Shown: positions 28,226 to 39,000 of the stretch, piece after piece | Position numbering within the stretch: the first letter of the stretch is position 1 | Layout of the letters: the number at the start of each line of letters is the position of its first letter | The notes under the pieces: generated by a model | Databases searched by the model: none | The model's input: only the letters and a program-made list of their open reading frames with translations | What the model was told of the DNA's origin: nothing | Translations under genes and position numbers: made by a program | DNA from: an uncultured Saprospiraceae bacterium | Lineage (GTDB): Bacteria > Bacteroidota > Bacteroidia > Bacteroidales > CAYLPA01 | Direction of reading: 5' to 3' | DNA length: 44,974 bases | NCBI GenBank assembly: GCA_964385385.1 | Contig: CAYLPA010000002.1 | Coordinates: forward strand, 6,343 to 51,316

Positions 28226-29566
28226 TTAAAGGTCTCTTACAGCTCTTTTATATTTCTTACCTCTGTCTTCATAATTTTCAAATAAATCAAAGCTTGCACA
28301 AGCAGGAGAAAGCAAAACTACATCACCTTGTTTACTCATATAATAAGCAGTGTCAACAGCCTGTGCTGCAGAATTTACGCTAACAATATTTTCAACAACA
28401 TCAGCAAAAGCATTATATATTTTTTGATTATCTATACCCAAACAAATAATTACTTTCACTTTGGATTTTACAAGTTTTTTCAAAGTTTCATAATCATTAC
28501 CTTTATCAACTCCGCCAACAATCCAAATTACAGGCTTATTCATACTTTCAAGAGCAAACCAGGTTGAATTAACATTCGTAGCTTTTGAATCGTTTATAAA
28601 TTCAACTCCATGCACTTTTGTAACATATTCCAGACGGTGTTCCACACCCCGAAAATCTGAAAGACTTTCCTTAACTGTATCTTTTCTAATATCCAATAAT
28701 TTCGTTGCAATTCCTGCTGCCATGGAATTATAAATATTATGCTTTCCCTGTAATGCTAATTCTTCTAAAGTCATAATTATATTTGTTAATTTTATATTTA
28801 TAATAATTTCATTTTTATTTAAAAATGCTCCTTCTCCATCATTTTTTTTGTTGATTGAAAAAGGATATATTTTTGGTTTAATTTTTCGTTTTTCTAATTC
28901 ATTATTTATCACTTTGTCGTCGATGCAATAAATAAATGAATCAGTATTTGTAAGATTTTGGAGAATTCGAAATTTTGAATCGACGTATTTCTGAAAATCG
29001 TAATTATATCTATTGAGATGATCGGGAGTAATGTTCATCAAAACAGCAATATCAGCTTTAAAATCGAACATGCCATCTAACTGAAAACTGCTAATTTCAA
29101 GAACATAATAATCGTATTCGTTTTCAGCTACCTGCATTGCAAAACTTTGCCCTACGTTTCCTGCTAAACCAACATTCAATCCTGCTTTTTTCAAAATATG
29201 ATAAATCCATAAAGTTGTGGTTGTTTTACCATTACTACCAGTAACACAAATTGTTTTTGCTTTATTAAATCTACCTGCAAATTCAATTTCTGATATTATT
29301 TCGATTTTCTTTTTTTTAATTGCTTCAATAATTGGAATATCATCGGGAATTCCCGGACTTTTCACAATTTCATCAGCATTAAAAATTTTCTCTTCAGAAT
29401 GTTTTCCTTCTTCAAAATCTATTTCAAAATGTGAAAGAACTTTTTTATATTTATTTTTTATTTTTCCGTTGTCCGAAACAAAAACATCAAATTCTTTTTT
29501 CTTTGCCAAAACTGCTGCTCCAACTCCACTTTCGCCTGCTCCGAGAATTACAATTCTTGTTTTCAC
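28226..29566 (-). CDS. murD: UDP-N-acetylmuramoyl-L-alanine--D-glutamate ligase
   Basis: GAGESG, TGSNGKTTT, EISSFQL, NDSKATN, LSPACASFD. GTG start. Confidence 0.97.
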   Translation of the reverse strand: MKTRIVILGAGESGVGAAVLAKKKEFDVFVSDNGKIKNKYKKVLSHFEIDFEEGKHSEEKIFNADEIVKSPGIPDDIPIIEAIKKKKIEIISEIEFAGRFNKAKTICVTGSNGKTTTTLWIYHILKKAGLNVGLAGNVGQSFAMQVAENEYDYYVLEISSFQLDGMFDFKADIAVLMNITPDHLNRYNYDFQKYVDSKFRILQNLTNTDSFIYCIDDKVINNELEKRKIKPKIYPFSINKKNDGEGAFLNKNEIIINIKLTNIIMTLEELALQGKHNIYNSMAAGIATKLLDIRKDTVKESLSDFRGVEHRLEYVTKVHGVEFINDSKATNVNSTWFALESMNKPVIWIVGGVDKGNDYETLKKLVKSKVKVIICLGIDNQKIYNAFADVVENIVSVNSAAQAVDTAYYMSKQGDVVLLSPACASFDLFENYEDRGKKYKRAVRDL

Positions 29567-29599
29567 TATACTTTTTAATCATTTACATTATTTCCATTA

Positions 29600-30853
29600 T
29601 TATCTAATCTTCAGAGTTATGATAGTTATTACAGCCAGCATGATTCCGATAATAAAAAACCGCTGAACTATCTTTGCTTCGTGATAACCTTTCTTTTGAT
29701 AATGATGATGCAGAGGTGCCATTCTGAAAATCCTTTTTCCTACACCAGTTTTTTTCTTAGAATATTTGAAATAACTAACCTGCATCACTACTGATAAATT
29801 TTCAATCAGGAATACACCACATAAAATCGGGATTAATAATTCTTTACGGATAATGATTGCTAGAACAGCAATTATTCCTCCGATAGTCAAGCTACCGGTA
29901 TCACCCATAAAAACCTGAGCGGGATATGAATTATACCAAAGAAAACCTATGCAAGCACCAACAAAAGCACTAATAAATATTGTTAGTTCGCCTGTATTAG
30001 GCAAATACATTACATTCAAATAATTGGCAAAAATAAAGTTGCCTGAAATCCATGCTAAAATTCCAAGTGTTCCCGCCATAATTGCCGAACTGCTTGTAGC
30101 AAGGCCATCCAGACCATCGGTCATATTTGCCCCATTTGAGACTGAGATGATTATTAAAATTACAAAGGGAATAAAAATCCAATATGCATAATCTTTATAA
30201 TTTTTTCCTACCCATTTCAGCAAAATTGCATAATCAAACTCATTGTTTTTAACAAAGGGAATTGTTGTTTTTGTTGACTTAACAGCATTTTCCTTAAAAT
30301 AATCGTTAGCTTCTTTTTTATAATTATTATCAACAACTTGTTCGTTTGATTCAATATTAACTTTTTCAATTTTCTCCCTTATAACAATATCATCATTACA
30401 ATACATTGTTAACCCAACGATAATTCCAAGAATGATTTGACCAATTATTTTAAATTTACCTGATAAACCCTTTTTGTCTTTTTTAAATACTTTTATATAA
30501 TCATCAATAAATCCTAACATTCCGAGCCAAACTGTTGTAAACAATATTAACTGGATATAGATATTTCCTAATTTTGCAAACAAAAGAGTTGGAACTAATA
30601 TTGCTCCAATAATAATAAGACCGCCCATTGTTGGAGTTCCATGTTTTTCGTTTTGTCCTTCAAGTCCTAAATCTCTTATTGTTTCACCAACTTGCTTTTT
30701 TCTTAGATAATTTATCAAACTTTTCCCAAACAATAAGGATATAATTAATGAAGTAATAACCGCTGCTGCTGCACGAAACGAAAAGTATTGAAACATGCTT
30801 GCACCCGGAAAATCAAAGGCTCTTTCTAAATAATCAAATAAATAATAAAACAT
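29600..30853 (-). CDS. mraY: Phospho-N-acetylmuramoyl-pentapeptide transferase
   Basis: [36 protein letters not shown]. Confidence 0.97.
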   Translation of the reverse strand: MFYYLFDYLERAFDFPGASMFQYFSFRAAAAVITSLIISLLFGKSLINYLRKKQVGETIRDLGLEGQNEKHGTPTMGGLIIIGAILVPTLLFAKLGNIYIQLILFTTVWLGMLGFIDDYIKVFKKDKKGLSGKFKIIGQIILGIIVGLTMYCNDDIVIREKIEKVNIESNEQVVDNNYKKEANDYFKENAVKSTKTTIPFVKNNEFDYAILLKWVGKNYKDYAYWIFIPFVILIIISVSNGANMTDGLDGLATSSSAIMAGTLGILAWISGNFIFANYLNVMYLPNTGELTIFISAFVGACIGFLWYNSYPAQVFMGDTGSLTIGGIIAVLAIIIRKELLIPILCGVFLIENLSVVMQVSYFKYSKKKTGVGKRIFRMAPLHHHYQKKGYHEAKIVQRFFIIGIMLAVITIITLKIR

Positions 30854-30858
30854 AAGTT

Positions 30859-32328
30859 CTAATTGTTAAAGTTTTTATCTAATAATATTTCCATTAAAAT
30901 TTCTTTATCATCAAAAGGATGTTTAACACCCTTTATTTCCTGGTATTTTTCATGACCTTTTCCAGCTACCAGAATAATATCTTTAGGCTGAGCTAAAGCA
31001 CAAGCTGTTTTAATTGCTTCTTTTCTATTAATTATAGAAAGTACTTTTCTGCTATTTTGAGGCTCAACACCTTTTTTCATTTTATCAATAATTTCTTCCG
31101 GATTTTCGGACCTTGGATTGTCAGAAGTAAGAATTATTTTATCACTTTTTTCGCTAACAATTTGTGCCATCAATGGGCGTTTTTTTGAATCTCTATCACC
31201 ACCGGCACCAACAACAGTAATGAGTTTCTCATTCATTGTTCTTATTGCGTTAATAGTATTCAGAACATTTTTCAAAGCATCGGGAGTGTGAGCATAATCA
31301 ACTATTGCAATAATACCTGACTTGGATTTTACAAACTCAAACCTACCTTCGGCAGAATCAATATTGCTAAGTATTGTTAATATTTCGGATTCATTTTCGC
31401 AAAGAAGATTTGCTGTTGCGTAAATCGCCAGTAAATTGTAAGCATTAAATTCTCCAATTAATTTAAACCAAATATCTGTTCCATTAATATTTAGTTGTAA
31501 ACCTTCAAACTGATTTTCAATTATTTTACATTTGAAATTTGCAAGCTCTTTTAAACTATAAGTATATTTTTTTGCCTTAGTATTTTGCAACATAATTTTG
31601 CCGTTTTTGTCATCCACATTCAATAATGCAAATGCTGAAGAAGGCAGGTCATCAAAAAACTTTTTCTTAACTCTGATATATTCATCAAATGTTGAATGAT
31701 AATCAAGGTGGTCGTGGGTGATGTTAGTAAATATTCCGCCGGCAAATTCAAGTCCGGCAATTCTGTTTTGGTTAATGGCATGTGAGCTAACTTCCATAAA
31801 ACAAAATTCACAACCCTCGCTTACCATATCTTTCATAAGCTTATTGATTTGAATTGCATCTGGAGTTGTATGTGTTGCAGAAATTTCTTTATCATCAATT
31901 TTATTTTGAATTGTTGACAAAAGCCCAACACTATAGCCTAGCGAACGGAACAACTGAAATAATAATGTTACAATTGTAGTTTTCCCGTTTGTGCCTGTAA
32001 CACCTATCAATTTCAATTTTGATGATGGATTGGAAAAATAATTTGATGCAATAATTCCAAGAGCAAAACTGCTGTTTTCAACTTCTACATATGTTATACC
32101 TTCAACAATTTTCTCAGGTAAAATTTCACAAACAATTGCAATTGCACCATTATTTATAGCTTTCTCAATATAATTATGACCATCTGTTTGAGTCCCAATA
32201 ACTGCAATAAAAAGGTCGTTTGGTTTAAGATTTCTGGAATCAAAGCAAATGGAATTTATTTCGATTTCGGTAGTACCGATAACTTTTGTTATTCCAGTTT
32301 TATATAATATTTCTTTTAAAGATTTCAA
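30859..32328 (-). CDS. murE: UDP-N-acetylmuramoyl-L-alanyl-D-glutamate--2,6-diaminopimelate ligase
   Basis: [21 protein letters not shown], the DAP-specificity motif DNPR, and GKGHE. TTG start. Confidence 0.97.
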   Translation of the reverse strand: MKSLKEILYKTGITKVIGTTEIEINSICFDSRNLKPNDLFIAVIGTQTDGHNYIEKAINNGAIAIVCEILPEKIVEGITYVEVENSSFALGIIASNYFSNPSSKLKLIGVTGTNGKTTIVTLLFQLFRSLGYSVGLLSTIQNKIDDKEISATHTTPDAIQINKLMKDMVSEGCEFCFMEVSSHAINQNRIAGLEFAGGIFTNITHDHLDYHSTFDEYIRVKKKFFDDLPSSAFALLNVDDKNGKIMLQNTKAKKYTYSLKELANFKCKIIENQFEGLQLNINGTDIWFKLIGEFNAYNLLAIYATANLLCENESEILTILSNIDSAEGRFEFVKSKSGIIAIVDYAHTPDALKNVLNTINAIRTMNEKLITVVGAGGDRDSKKRPLMAQIVSEKSDKIILTSDNPRSENPEEIIDKMKKGVEPQNSRKVLSIINRKEAIKTACALAQPKDIILVAGKGHEKYQEIKGVKHPFDDKEILMEILLDKNFNN

Positions 32329-32336
32329 TTTGTTGT

Positions 32337-34442
32337 TTATATTTTTAATTCAAGAGTAATTTTTTTTCCTTCAATAATCCTGGTGCCCGGTTCTTTAGAT
32401 TGTTTTCTAACAAAGCCTTTTCCTAATATTTCAACACATAAACCTAAGCGTTCCAATAAAAAAATTGCATCTTTTGCATTCATTCCTTTAACATTAGGCA
32501 CCAAGCCATATTTAACATTTTTGGTTTTAAATTTTACAGTATTATTATTTTCAGAAACCATAACCCATTCAGCAGTAGGATTAGAAGATAATGTTGAAAT
32601 ATTAAGAGTCTGATAAACTTTTTCAAGTTCATTTTGATTTCCTGCTTTTGAAATTGGAACTAAATAATCCTTAGGTTCAGGTTTTTCTTCAGATTGCATT
32701 TCTAATTGAGTGGCATAAACTTTATCAGCAATTTCCTTAAAAACAGGTCCTGCTATCCAACCACCATAATAAATTCCCTTTTTAGGATTGTTGATAACAA
32801 CTATGCAAGAATATTTTGGATTTGAAGCAGGAAAATATCCAACAAAAGAAGCTTTATAATCGGTTTTATTATAACCTCCACTTCCAAGAGCAATTTGTGC
32901 TGTTCCTGTTTTTCCTGCAATTTTATAAATAGAAGTTTTTAAATTTTTTGCAGTTCCGTTTTCAACAACACCTTCAAGCATTATTTTTGCTTTGTCAATG
33001 GTTTTCTTTGAACAAATTGCTTCATTTAATACAACAGTTTCATAATTTTCAACAATTTCACCGGTTTGCATAATTGCTTTAACTAACATTGGTTTAACCA
33101 TAACACCATCGTTTGCAACAGCATTATATAAAGCTAAGGTTTGTAGAGGTGTCATTGATATTTCATATCCTATGGACATCCATGGCAAAGTTGTTCCATA
33201 CCATTCGCTTCTTTGTTTTGGTGATTTAATTTGAGGTTTACCTTCTCCTTTTATTTCAATCCCTAAAGGTTGATTTAGTTTAAGTTTATAAAGTCCATCA
33301 ATAAACTTTTGCGGGTCTTTTGAATATGCTTTATAAATTAATCTTGAAACACCAACATTTGAAGAAACTTCAAAAGCTCTCTGAACAGATATTTTCCCAT
33401 AACCGCCTTTATGAGAATCTTCCATAGTTCTATCATAATATTTTGTTATTCCATTTCCTGTGTTTATAGAATCATCAAGATTAAATTTATTGTCTTCTAA
33501 AGCCACCAAAAAAGAAGCAAGTTTAAAAGTTGAGCCGGGCTCGGAGCTTTCACCAACAGCATAATTATAAGATTCTTCATATCTTCCTGTTGCTGTATCT
33601 CTTTTTAAATTTGCAATAGCTTTGATATGTCCTGTACTAACTTCCATTAAAACAGCACATCCGTGATCAGCCTGATGGTATTCAATTTGCTTCATTAAGG
33701 CGTTCTCGGCAACATCCTGAAAATTAACATTTATTGTAGATATAATGTCTTTGCCATGTTCTGGTTCAATTAAATTTTCATCATTAAGAGGCATCCAAAC
33801 TCCTTTAGCAATTTTTTGCATTAATCTTTTTCCACTAACTCCTTTAAGTTCCTTATTATATGCACCTTCAAGACCAACATAATAGCCTTTTCGAGAGTAG
33901 CCAATTGTTCTTTTTGATAATAATTTAAAAGGCATTTCACGCCTGTCTTTGGGGATAATTATCATTCCGCCTTTGTATTTCCCACGTCTGAAAATCGGAA
34001 ACGTTCTCATCTTTTTCAATTGAGCATACTTAACATTTCTTTTCACGAGATAGAATCTGTTTCCATTTTTACGGGCATTCACTAAATTATTTCTATAAGT
34101 TTGTTGGTGTTTGTCTTTAAAAAGGTTGGCAAGACTAAAAGAAAGAGAATCAATATTGCCATAGAAAAAATCATCAGAAATCAAGTTTGAATTAACATCC
34201 ATTCTAACATCAAAAATCGGAACTGATGTGGCAAGCACTCTACCATCGGAAGAATATATTGTTCCTCTTATAGATTTAATATCAAAATCTTTCACAGTTT
34301 CTTTCATCGCTTTATCTTTCCAAACATTCCCCTCAAAAAATTGTATATATACGATTCTACCTATTATTGATAATCCTAAGATTAACATAAATATGTAAAC
34401 AATATAAACTCTCCAGAGTACTTCTTTTTTAATATTAATCAT
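32337..34442 (-). CDS. ftsI: Class B penicillin-binding protein FtsI with C-terminal PASTA domain
   Basis: N-terminal TM helix, EPGSTFK, SSN, KTGT, and VPNVKGM (PASTA). Confidence 0.95.
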   Translation of the reverse strand: MINIKKEVLWRVYIVYIFMLILGLSIIGRIVYIQFFEGNVWKDKAMKETVKDFDIKSIRGTIYSSDGRVLATSVPIFDVRMDVNSNLISDDFFYGNIDSLSFSLANLFKDKHQQTYRNNLVNARKNGNRFYLVKRNVKYAQLKKMRTFPIFRRGKYKGGMIIIPKDRREMPFKLLSKRTIGYSRKGYYVGLEGAYNKELKGVSGKRLMQKIAKGVWMPLNDENLIEPEHGKDIISTINVNFQDVAENALMKQIEYHQADHGCAVLMEVSTGHIKAIANLKRDTATGRYEESYNYAVGESSEPGSTFKLASFLVALEDNKFNLDDSINTGNGITKYYDRTMEDSHKGGYGKISVQRAFEVSSNVGVSRLIYKAYSKDPQKFIDGLYKLKLNQPLGIEIKGEGKPQIKSPKQRSEWYGTTLPWMSIGYEISMTPLQTLALYNAVANDGVMVKPMLVKAIMQTGEIVENYETVVLNEAICSKKTIDKAKIMLEGVVENGTAKNLKTSIYKIAGKTGTAQIALGSGGYNKTDYKASFVGYFPASNPKYSCIVVINNPKKGIYYGGWIAGPVFKEIADKVYATQLEMQSEEKPEPKDYLVPISKAGNQNELEKVYQTLNISTLSSNPTAEWVMVSENNNTVKFKTKNVKYGLVPNVKGMNAKDAIFLLERLGLCVEILGKGFVRKQSKEPGTRIIEGKKITLELKI

Positions 34443-34454
34443 CTTTCTAAATGA

Positions 34455-34901
34455 TTACTTTTTATTATTTATAAATATTTTTTTTGGAGGCTCGAGCGAT
34501 TCCTTAATTCCTTTTGGCTTTAATTTTTTTCCTATTTCCGACTGTTTAGTGTAAAACATCAATTCTGACTTTATAGTAATATGCTCGTATCTTAATTCTT
34601 TTAAATCCTTACTAACTCTTTCAATTTTAATCACTGTCTTTTCAGCATAATAAGTATTTGCAATGTAGACGATTGCTATTAGTGTCACAAATAAGACAAA
34701 AGGTAAAAGGCCAATCACAATTTCTTTTGTTAAAATGCTACCATCAAGAACACTTTGCAATGCTTTTCCAAAACCAATATTTTTTGAAGAAAATGTTTTT
34801 TCTTTTTTTCTTTTTTTCTTATTCTTTTTCTTTACAGATTTTTCTTCAACTTTTAATTGATTTTTTAAAACTTTAGACTTATGTTGTTTTCGTTTTAACA
34901 T
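34455..34901 (-). CDS. ftsL: FtsL-like cell division protein
   Basis: One TM helix plus a coiled coil (YIANTY...LKELR). Lies between rsmH and ftsI, with a TAATG overlap with rsmH. Confidence 0.8.
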   Translation of the reverse strand: MLKRKQHKSKVLKNQLKVEEKSVKKKNKKKRKKEKTFSSKNIGFGKALQSVLDGSILTKEIVIGLLPFVLFVTLIAIVYIANTYYAEKTVIKIERVSKDLKELRYEHITIKSELMFYTKQSEIGKKLKPKGIKESLEPPKKIFINNKK

Positions 34902-35794
34902 TATATTTTTTCAGCAATTCTTAGTTTTGCACTTCTTGAACGACTATTATTCATTATCTCTTTTTCATTAGGAACTATCACTTTTCTATTAATCAATTTA
35001 TAAGGCACTTTTGGGTTGCCATAAAAGTCTTTTTCAATAATTCCTTCAAAATTTCCTGACTTAAGGAAATTTTTCACCAACCTGTCTTCAAGAGAATGGT
35101 AAGAAATAACCACCAACCTTCCTCCTTTTTTCATTACGTCAGCAGTTTGATTTAACATTTCTTTCAAAACATTTAATTCATCGTTAACTTCAATTCTTAA
35201 TGCTTGAAATACTTTTGCTAAATATTTATTTTCTTTGTCATTCGGCACACAGGAAGAAATAGCTTCTTTAAATTGTTTTATTGTTTTAATGTTTTCAATC
35301 TTTCTTTTCTCAACAATAGTATTAGCTAAACGTGCTCCATTATTAATTTCACCATAGCTATAGAAAATATCTTTGAGCTGTTCTTCTGAATAATTATTAA
35401 TAATTTCTTTAGCAGTTAAATCTTTGCTTTTGTCCATTCGCATATCCAATTCGGCATCAAATCGAATTGAAAAACCCCTTTCAGATGTGTCAATTTGATG
35501 CGAAGAAACTCCAAGGTCGGCAAGAATTCCGTCAACAGGAACAGCATTATTTAGCTTTAGGAAATTTTTTAAGAAAATGAAATTTTGTTCAACAAAAGTG
35601 AATCGCTTGTCATCAATCAGATTTTGCAAAGCATCTTTATCCTGATCAAAAGCAATTAGTCTTCCGTTATTTAATTTTTTAAGGATTTCTTGAGAGTGTT
35701 CTCCCCCACCAAATGTGATATCCACATAAGTTCCATCTGAATTTATTTCTAAACCTTCTATACTTTCCTTTAATAAAACAGCTTTATGATACAT
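34901..35794 (-). CDS. rsmH: 16S rRNA m4C1402 methyltransferase
   Basis: YHKAVLL, DLGVSSHQ, LDMRM, FQALRIEVN, SYHSLEDR, RSRSAKLR. Confidence 0.96.
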   Translation of the reverse strand: MYHKAVLLKESIEGLEINSDGTYVDITFGGGEHSQEILKKLNNGRLIAFDQDKDALQNLIDDKRFTFVEQNFIFLKNFLKLNNAVPVDGILADLGVSSHQIDTSERGFSIRFDAELDMRMDKSKDLTAKEIINNYSEEQLKDIFYSYGEINNGARLANTIVEKRKIENIKTIKQFKEAISSCVPNDKENKYLAKVFQALRIEVNDELNVLKEMLNQTADVMKKGGRLVVISYHSLEDRLVKNFLKSGNFEGIIEKDFYGNPKVPYKLINRKVIVPNEKEIMNNSRSRSAKLRIAEKI

Positions 35795-36257
35795 TTTCTG
35801 TTTCCTGATTATTGCTTTTGCCCATTACTTCTTCGGCAAGCAAAGCAAAATCCTCAGGTTCATCTGTCAATAAGCTCTCATAAACATCTTTTGCCCAAAC
35901 TTCAACACGATTGGAAAATGCAAAAAGAATTACTTCCTTTTTGATATTTGAATAAGCTAATAAGGTTTTTGGCATTAATAATCGATTATTGCCATCCAAA
36001 CTTAATTCTGTTGCACCTCTATAAAAATACCTTACAAAATTTCTGTTTTTTCTATTGTAAAGATTTTTTTGGTTAATCTCATCACTTATTACTTTCCATT
36101 CGTTTTGAGGATAAAGCACTAGGCAATTTTCAAAGCCTCGGTTTATAACAAACTTATCTTGAGCTTCGGGTGAAACCTGCTTTTTCAGACCTGCTGGCAA
36201 CATTATTCTACCCTTAGCATCAATTTTACATTCAAATTCCCCAATCAGATTTGCCAT
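35784..36257 (-). CDS. mraZ: Transcriptional regulator MraZ
   Basis: GEFECKIDAKGRIMLP, LDGNNRLLMP, VEVW. I prefer the ATG at 36257 over the GTG at 36263. Confidence 0.96.
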   Translation of the reverse strand: MANLIGEFECKIDAKGRIMLPAGLKKQVSPEAQDKFVINRGFENCLVLYPQNEWKVISDEINQKNLYNRKNRNFVRYFYRGATELSLDGNNRLLMPKTLLAYSNIKKEVILFAFSNRVEVWAKDVYESLLTDEPEDFALLAEEVMGKSNNQETENVS

Positions 36258-36300
36258 TAACACAAATTTTATTTAAAGGTGTAAATATATATAAGAATTA

Positions 36301-36330
36301 CCACTTTTTACCACTTTTTACCACTTTTTG
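36301..36330 (-). promoter_or_regulatory. MraZ operator: three 10-bp direct repeats
   Basis: ccacttttta-ccacttttta-ccactttttg (minus strand AAAAAGTGG[T] x3) about 45 nt upstream of mraZ, matching the GTGG-N6 periodic MraZ boxes. Confidence 0.88.
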
Positions 36331-36509
36331 TTACATTGTTAATAACTTTTTTAATATCTTTTTTAAAACATGCATCTAACCATCTATTTTAATGCTATTT
36401 AACTCTAAATAAAAAAATCCCATAACTGAAGTAATTTTTAATAAATTAATTGAGAATTATTTTTTGAATTATATTTCTTATTTTTTAAAAGAATTCTATT
36501 ATAATTTGG

Positions 36510-36517
36510 TAAATTTG
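36510..36517 (+). promoter_or_regulatory. Candidate -7 promoter element for the acyltransferase-GNAT-engB operon
   Basis: TAAATTTG. Its position favours the ATG at 36547 over the ATG at 36520. Confidence 0.45.
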
Positions 36518-36546
36518 TAATGCGTTTGAAAAATATTTTGCACATA

Positions 36547-37419
36547 ATGACAGACAAAAAAGAGATAAAAGAAAAAGTTCAAATAACAGAGCAGTATTTA
36601 AATATTACAGAAGTTATTAGAAGTAAGAATCCAGGATTAGTAAAATTATTGCCAAATTTCGTTTTAAACTATCTCAAGAGAATCATACACGAAAAAGATC
36701 TTAATTCAGCAATATTCAGGAATCGAGACTTGTTTGGGGTAAATTTTGTTGACGCAATAATTAAAGAATTTGGTGCAATAATAAAAGTAACTAATCCTGA
36801 AAACATTCATAAAACTGGCAGATATATAATTGCATCAAATCATTCACTTGGAGGATTAGACGGCTTAACATTAATGAATGTTATTGGCAAAGTACGAAAA
36901 GATATAGTATTTCCCGTTAATGATATTTTAATGTTTCTTCCTAATCTTAATGAGTTATTTATTCCAATAAACAAACATGGGAAGAACACCGAAAACATTA
37001 ATATTATAGATAAAACTTTTGAATCAGACACTCTTATTTTATTTTTTCCTGCCGGTTTAGTTTCAAGAAAACAGAAACATGGAATTATGGACCTTGAATG
37101 GAAAAAAACTTTTATCTCAAAAGCTGTTAAATATAAAAGAGACATTATTCCAGTATATATTGATGGAAAAAATTCAAATTTCTTTTACAATCTTGCAAAT
37201 CTTAGAAAAAAATTAGGAATTAAAGCTAATATTGAAATGCTTTATTTAGTAAATGAAATGTACAAACAAAAAAATAAAACGATAAATATTATTATTGGAA
37301 AACCAATTTCATATAAAACTTTTGATAAATCATTAAGATTTAACGAATGGGCTCAAAAAATCAGAAAATATGTTTATTCGTTGAGCAAAAATAAAAATCT
37401 TACTTTTGAAACTAAATAA
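36547..37419 (+). CDS. PlsC-family acyltransferase (GlsA/OlsA-like O-acyltransferase)
   Basis: HX4D motif NHSLGGLD, FFPAGLVSR, WKKTF. Start could be 36520. Confidence 0.85.
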   Translation: MTDKKEIKEKVQITEQYLNITEVIRSKNPGLVKLLPNFVLNYLKRIIHEKDLNSAIFRNRDLFGVNFVDAIIKEFGAIIKVTNPENIHKTGRYIIASNHSLGGLDGLTLMNVIGKVRKDIVFPVNDILMFLPNLNELFIPINKHGKNTENINIIDKTFESDTLILFFPAGLVSRKQKHGIMDLEWKKTFISKAVKYKRDIIPVYIDGKNSNFFYNLANLRKKLGIKANIEMLYLVNEMYKQKNKTINIIIGKPISYKTFDKSLRFNEWAQKIRKYVYSLSKNKNLTFETK

Positions 37420-37439
37420 TCTTTATAAAATCTATTAAA

Positions 37440-38372
37440 ATGAAAAAAATTATAGAAGCTGTTGACAGAAGAAAAATAGAAGCTGAATTAACCGAAGATA
37501 AATTTGTAAGAAATACAAATAATGGTGACAGAAAATTATATATAATAACTCATCATGATTCCCCAAACACTATGCTTGAATTAGGAAGACTCCGCGAAAT
37601 TAGTTTTAGAGATGCAGGTGGAGGAACAGGAAAAGAAGTTGATATTGATAAATACGATACTGCTGAAGTTCCTTATAAACAATTAATAGTTTGGTGTCCT
37701 AACGATAAGGAAATAATTGGCGGTTACAGGTTTATTCAAGGAAACAAAATCCCTGTTGATAAAGATGGTAACTATCAAACTGCTACAGCAAAACTTTTTA
37801 ACTTTTCTGACAAATTCAGCAAAGAATATTTGCCATATCTAATTGAACTCGGCAGGTCATTTGTTCAGCCAATTTATCAGGCTTCATTCAATATCAGAAA
37901 AGGTCTCTTCTCTTTAGATAATCTTTGGGATGGATTAGGTTCTATTATTGTTGATAATCCTGACATGAAATATTATTTCGGAAAAATTACCATGTATCCA
38001 CGTTTTAACATAACAGCAAGAGATATTTTATTATTCTTTCTTAATAAACATTTTCCTGACAAAGAAGAATTACTCAGACCTATTGAATCTGTTGCCATAG
38101 TTACTAATATTGATGAATTAAATAACATTTTCATTGGAAACAATTTTGACGAGGATTATAAAATTTTAATTAGAAATATCAGACGTTATGGTGAAAGTAT
38201 TCCTCCACTAATAAATGCTTATATGTCCTTATCTCCTACTATGAAAACATTTGGAACTGCAATTAATCAAAGCTTCGGACAAGTTGAAGAAACAGGTATC
38301 TTAATTACTATTAATGATATTTATCACTTGAAAAAAGAAAGACATGTTTCTTATTATAAAAAGAAAAAATAA
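37440..38372 (+). CDS. GNAT-family amino-acid N-acyltransferase (GlsB/OlsB-like)
   Basis: ELGRLREISFR, DIDKYD, IIGGYR, IELGRSFV, LDNLWDGL, IPPLINAYM. Confidence 0.85.
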   Translation: MKKIIEAVDRRKIEAELTEDKFVRNTNNGDRKLYIITHHDSPNTMLELGRLREISFRDAGGGTGKEVDIDKYDTAEVPYKQLIVWCPNDKEIIGGYRFIQGNKIPVDKDGNYQTATAKLFNFSDKFSKEYLPYLIELGRSFVQPIYQASFNIRKGLFSLDNLWDGLGSIIVDNPDMKYYFGKITMYPRFNITARDILLFFLNKHFPDKEELLRPIESVAIVTNIDELNNIFIGNNFDEDYKILIRNIRRYGESIPPLINAYMSLSPTMKTFGTAINQSFGQVEETGILITINDIYHLKKERHVSYYKKKK

Positions 38373-38374
38373 AA

Positions 38375-38980
38375 ATGATAATAAAAAGCGCCGAATTTAT
38401 AATCAGCAGTCCCAACATAAATAAATGTCCTGAACCAAAACTTCCGGAATATGCATTTATTGGAAGATCAAATGTCGGGAAATCTTCATTGCTAAATATG
38501 CTTACGGAGAGAAATTCTCTTGCAAAAATTTCAGGTACCCCCGGAAAAACCCAATTAATAAATCATTTTATTATAAATAAGAATTGGTATTTGGTTGACT
38601 TGCCGGGATATGGTTTTGCAAAAACTTCAAAAACAAACAGGGTTAAATGGGAAAAAAACATTCATAATTATTTATTGAAAAGAACAAATTTACTAAACAG
38701 TTTTATCCTAATTGACTCTCGACTAGAACCACAAAAAAATGACACAAAATTTATTGAATGGTTTGGAGTAAACAGATTGCCATTTGTTTTAGTTTTTACA
38801 AAAGCTGATAAAATAAACAAAAAAACTCTTGCTGATAATATTGAAATTTACAAAAAACATATGCTTGAAAACTGGGAGGAACTTCCCGAAATGTTTATAT
38901 CATCAGCAAAAAATTCTGCAGGAAAAGAAGAAATTTTAAGCTTTATAGAAAAAACAAATAAGGTTTTCTATGAAAAATAA
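38375..38980 (+). CDS. engB: Ribosome biogenesis GTPase YihA/YsxC
   Basis: GRSNVGKSS, TPGKT, DLPGYG, TKAD. Confidence 0.96.
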   Translation: MIIKSAEFIISSPNINKCPEPKLPEYAFIGRSNVGKSSLLNMLTERNSLAKISGTPGKTQLINHFIINKNWYLVDLPGYGFAKTSKTNRVKWEKNIHNYLLKRTNLLNSFILIDSRLEPQKNDTKFIEWFGVNRLPFVLVFTKADKINKKTLADNIEIYKKHMLENWEELPEMFISSAKNSAGKEEILSFIEKTNKVFYEK

Positions 38981-39000
38981 TTCAGATAATTCTGCAATTA

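Noticed and set aside
21524-37145. Antisense ORFs across the dcw genes (e.g. 29217-29666, 21925-22230)
   Set aside because: Codon-mirror artefacts of conserved genes.
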